Below are positions 61,938-64,000 of a stretch of DNA of 64,000 nucleotides, one piece after another. The position numbers were made by a program, and so were the translations under genes. The notes under the pieces are model-generated. The model searched no databases. It was not told the origin of the DNA and saw only the letters and a program-made list of their open reading frames with translations. Origin of the DNA: Octopus bimaculoides (Eukaryota); NCBI RefSeq assembly GCF_001194135.2, contig NC_068984.1, positions 120,327,933 to 120,391,932 on the forward strand, in the 5' to 3' direction. The first letter of the stretch is position 1, and each line of letters opens with the position of its first letter.

Positions 61938-63416
61938 ATTGTTGACTGTCATTGTGATGTCCTCCTCATCTATACCTCTGTGGCTAATAAAAGAAATTAT
62001 CACTATTATTATTATTAAGGAGGTGAGCTGGGTGAAATGCTTGACAGCATTTCGTCCGTCTTTATGTTCTGAGTTCAAATTCCGCTAAGGTCACCTTTGC
62101 CTTTCATCCTTTTTGGGTTGATAAAATAAATACCAATTGAACACTGGGGTCGATGTATTTGACTTACCCTCTACCCTAAACTTGCTGGTCTTGTGTCAAA
62201 ATTTGAAACCATTATTATTATTATAATTGTTTCTTTTGATGCCAGAATGAGTTTGTTGCTCTGCAAAATTGAATATTTGTATGTTTTTCTCACTAACACC
62301 TTAAGATAGATTCTCTATCTAAACCATATGAAAGCACCATTTCTCCAAAAAGAGAGAATATACAATAAGAATATTTAATTTTTAATATTGATTCAGGACT
62401 ATGCATTTTGATAAAAGGTATCATTGATTACATTGACTTCACCTACCCAAACGGCAGTTAACTGGTACTTTATTTTGCCAACCTCAGAAAAATGGACAAT
62501 AAAGATGACCACAGTGAAATAATTAAAACCTAATGTGTTTAAGTGTGAAAATGTAATTCTTTTTTTATGATTGTAATGCATATTCAATAACTGAAATGAA
62601 ATTGCTAGCTCTTGTTGCTTTATTGAAATAATTAGTAATTAAATGAATGAAAGTTTGTGAAATGCATATTTAAGTAGTAAACAGGCACATACATCTACTT
62701 AAACACAGACGAAGGGAAATAAGATTATTATTGTATCCTATTAAAATGAATTATTCTGTCAGTTTTCTTCCCTCATTTTCTTTGCATTGGTTTAACTTCA
62801 GGCATCATTGTCATCATCAACATCATCATCATTATTGTCGTTGTCATTTTTAACGTTCACTTTTCCTTGCTTGCGTGCATCAGACTGCATTTACTGAGGC
62901 AGACTGTCTATGGCCAGACGCCTCTCTTCTTACTAGACCTCAAGAGTTTCCAAGGTAATTTTTCCCCATGACTGGACATGTTTTCACTGTAGATTGGAAA
63001 TGAATAACAACACTCCTGTGACATGACATCAATTGACAACTATCATGCAATATCAAGACGAGGAGTCACAAACAGACATGCACATACACATATATAAATT
63101 TATGTACGTACACATACACATATATTTTATATATAATCATCACTTTTTAATGGCCATTTCATGTTTCCATGGGTCAGATGGAATTTGTCAAAGCAGATTT
63201 TCTATGGTCAGCTACCCTTGCTGTTGCCAACCCTCTCCTGTTTTCATGTAAGGTAATATTTCCCTAAGACCAGACATATTTTCAGGGAAGATTGGATATG
63301 AAGGACACTGCTTGCATGACAGTGATACTTGCTTATAACTGTCATGTGATTTCAAGGCAAGGAGATAGTAATACAAACACAAACACACACATACTTATGT
63401 ATATATGACAGGTCAT

Positions 63417-63452
<36 letters not shown>

Positions 63453-64000
63453 CAGGTCTCTTTCAGTTTCTGTCTACCAAATCTTCCCAGGAGGCATTGG
63501 TTGGCCTGATGCTATAGTAGAAGGGACTGAACCTGAAACCATGTAGTTGGGAAGCAAACTTCTTGCCACACAACTAAACCTGGTATATCATAATCCTCCT
63601 CCTCCTCTGTCTGTTTTCCATGCTGTTATTGGTTGGATGATATTTGATAGGCTTCTTTCACTTTTCCTTATACCAAATCCACCCCAAAAAGGTTTTGGGT
63701 GGTCTGAGCTTTTTATAGAAAACATTTGTTCAATGTGTCATCCGGAGAGTCTGAATGTGATACCATGTCGTTGAGATGCAACATTCTTAACCACATAACA
63801 ATGCCTGCACAAAGATGAATATTTACATTTTTATTCTTGTAGCAGATAGATAAACTTTTTCCATCTTGGAATAACCTTATATTTTCCAGTTTGATAGCCA
63901 ACTGAAGTAAAATACTTTGTTCATGATATCAAAATGAACTTTTTGGCAGATTTTGAAATTAGTATCAGTCTCAATAGAATAAATATTTTAGAGATCAACT

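Overview
AT-rich eukaryotic scaffold window with ten N gaps, most abutting (TA)n or (CA)n tracts. It is dominated by interspersed repeats and microsatellites. The repeat complement (tRNA-headed SINEs with internal microsatellites, RTE LINEs ending in (GAT)n, TTAA-flanked MITEs, mariner relics) looks like an octopod cephalopod genome; this is my recognition, not a database result. No intact protein-coding gene can be supported: the long ORFs in the track are microsatellite read-throughs, gap-spanning artefacts or decayed transposon ORFs. Recognisable coding relics are RTE LINEs (3714-4256, 12108-13180, and a near-full-length decayed copy at about 37381-40680), a Tx1/L1-type ORF2 end (about 61211-61560), a Dong/R4-like 3' end inside (TAA)n (7784-8128) and mariner derivatives (47227-48074, 33857-34078). 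Host-gene evidence is limited to a CpG-retaining, TE-poor island (about 20.9-27.3 kb) with a probable non-coding first exon ending at 22354 (CCG|GTAAGT), plus a second candidate first exon ending at 56867. The strongest observations are an RTE insertion with a 5' inversion, 10-bp target-site duplication and twin-priming microhomology; decayed minimal hammerhead-ribozyme folds, one directly behind a tRNA-like Pol III head; perfect palindromes centred on (TA)n; templated local duplications; and SINE copies that record a fossil methylation boundary. Repeat family labels (A, B, G, H, J) are my working names, and many repeat boundaries are approximate.
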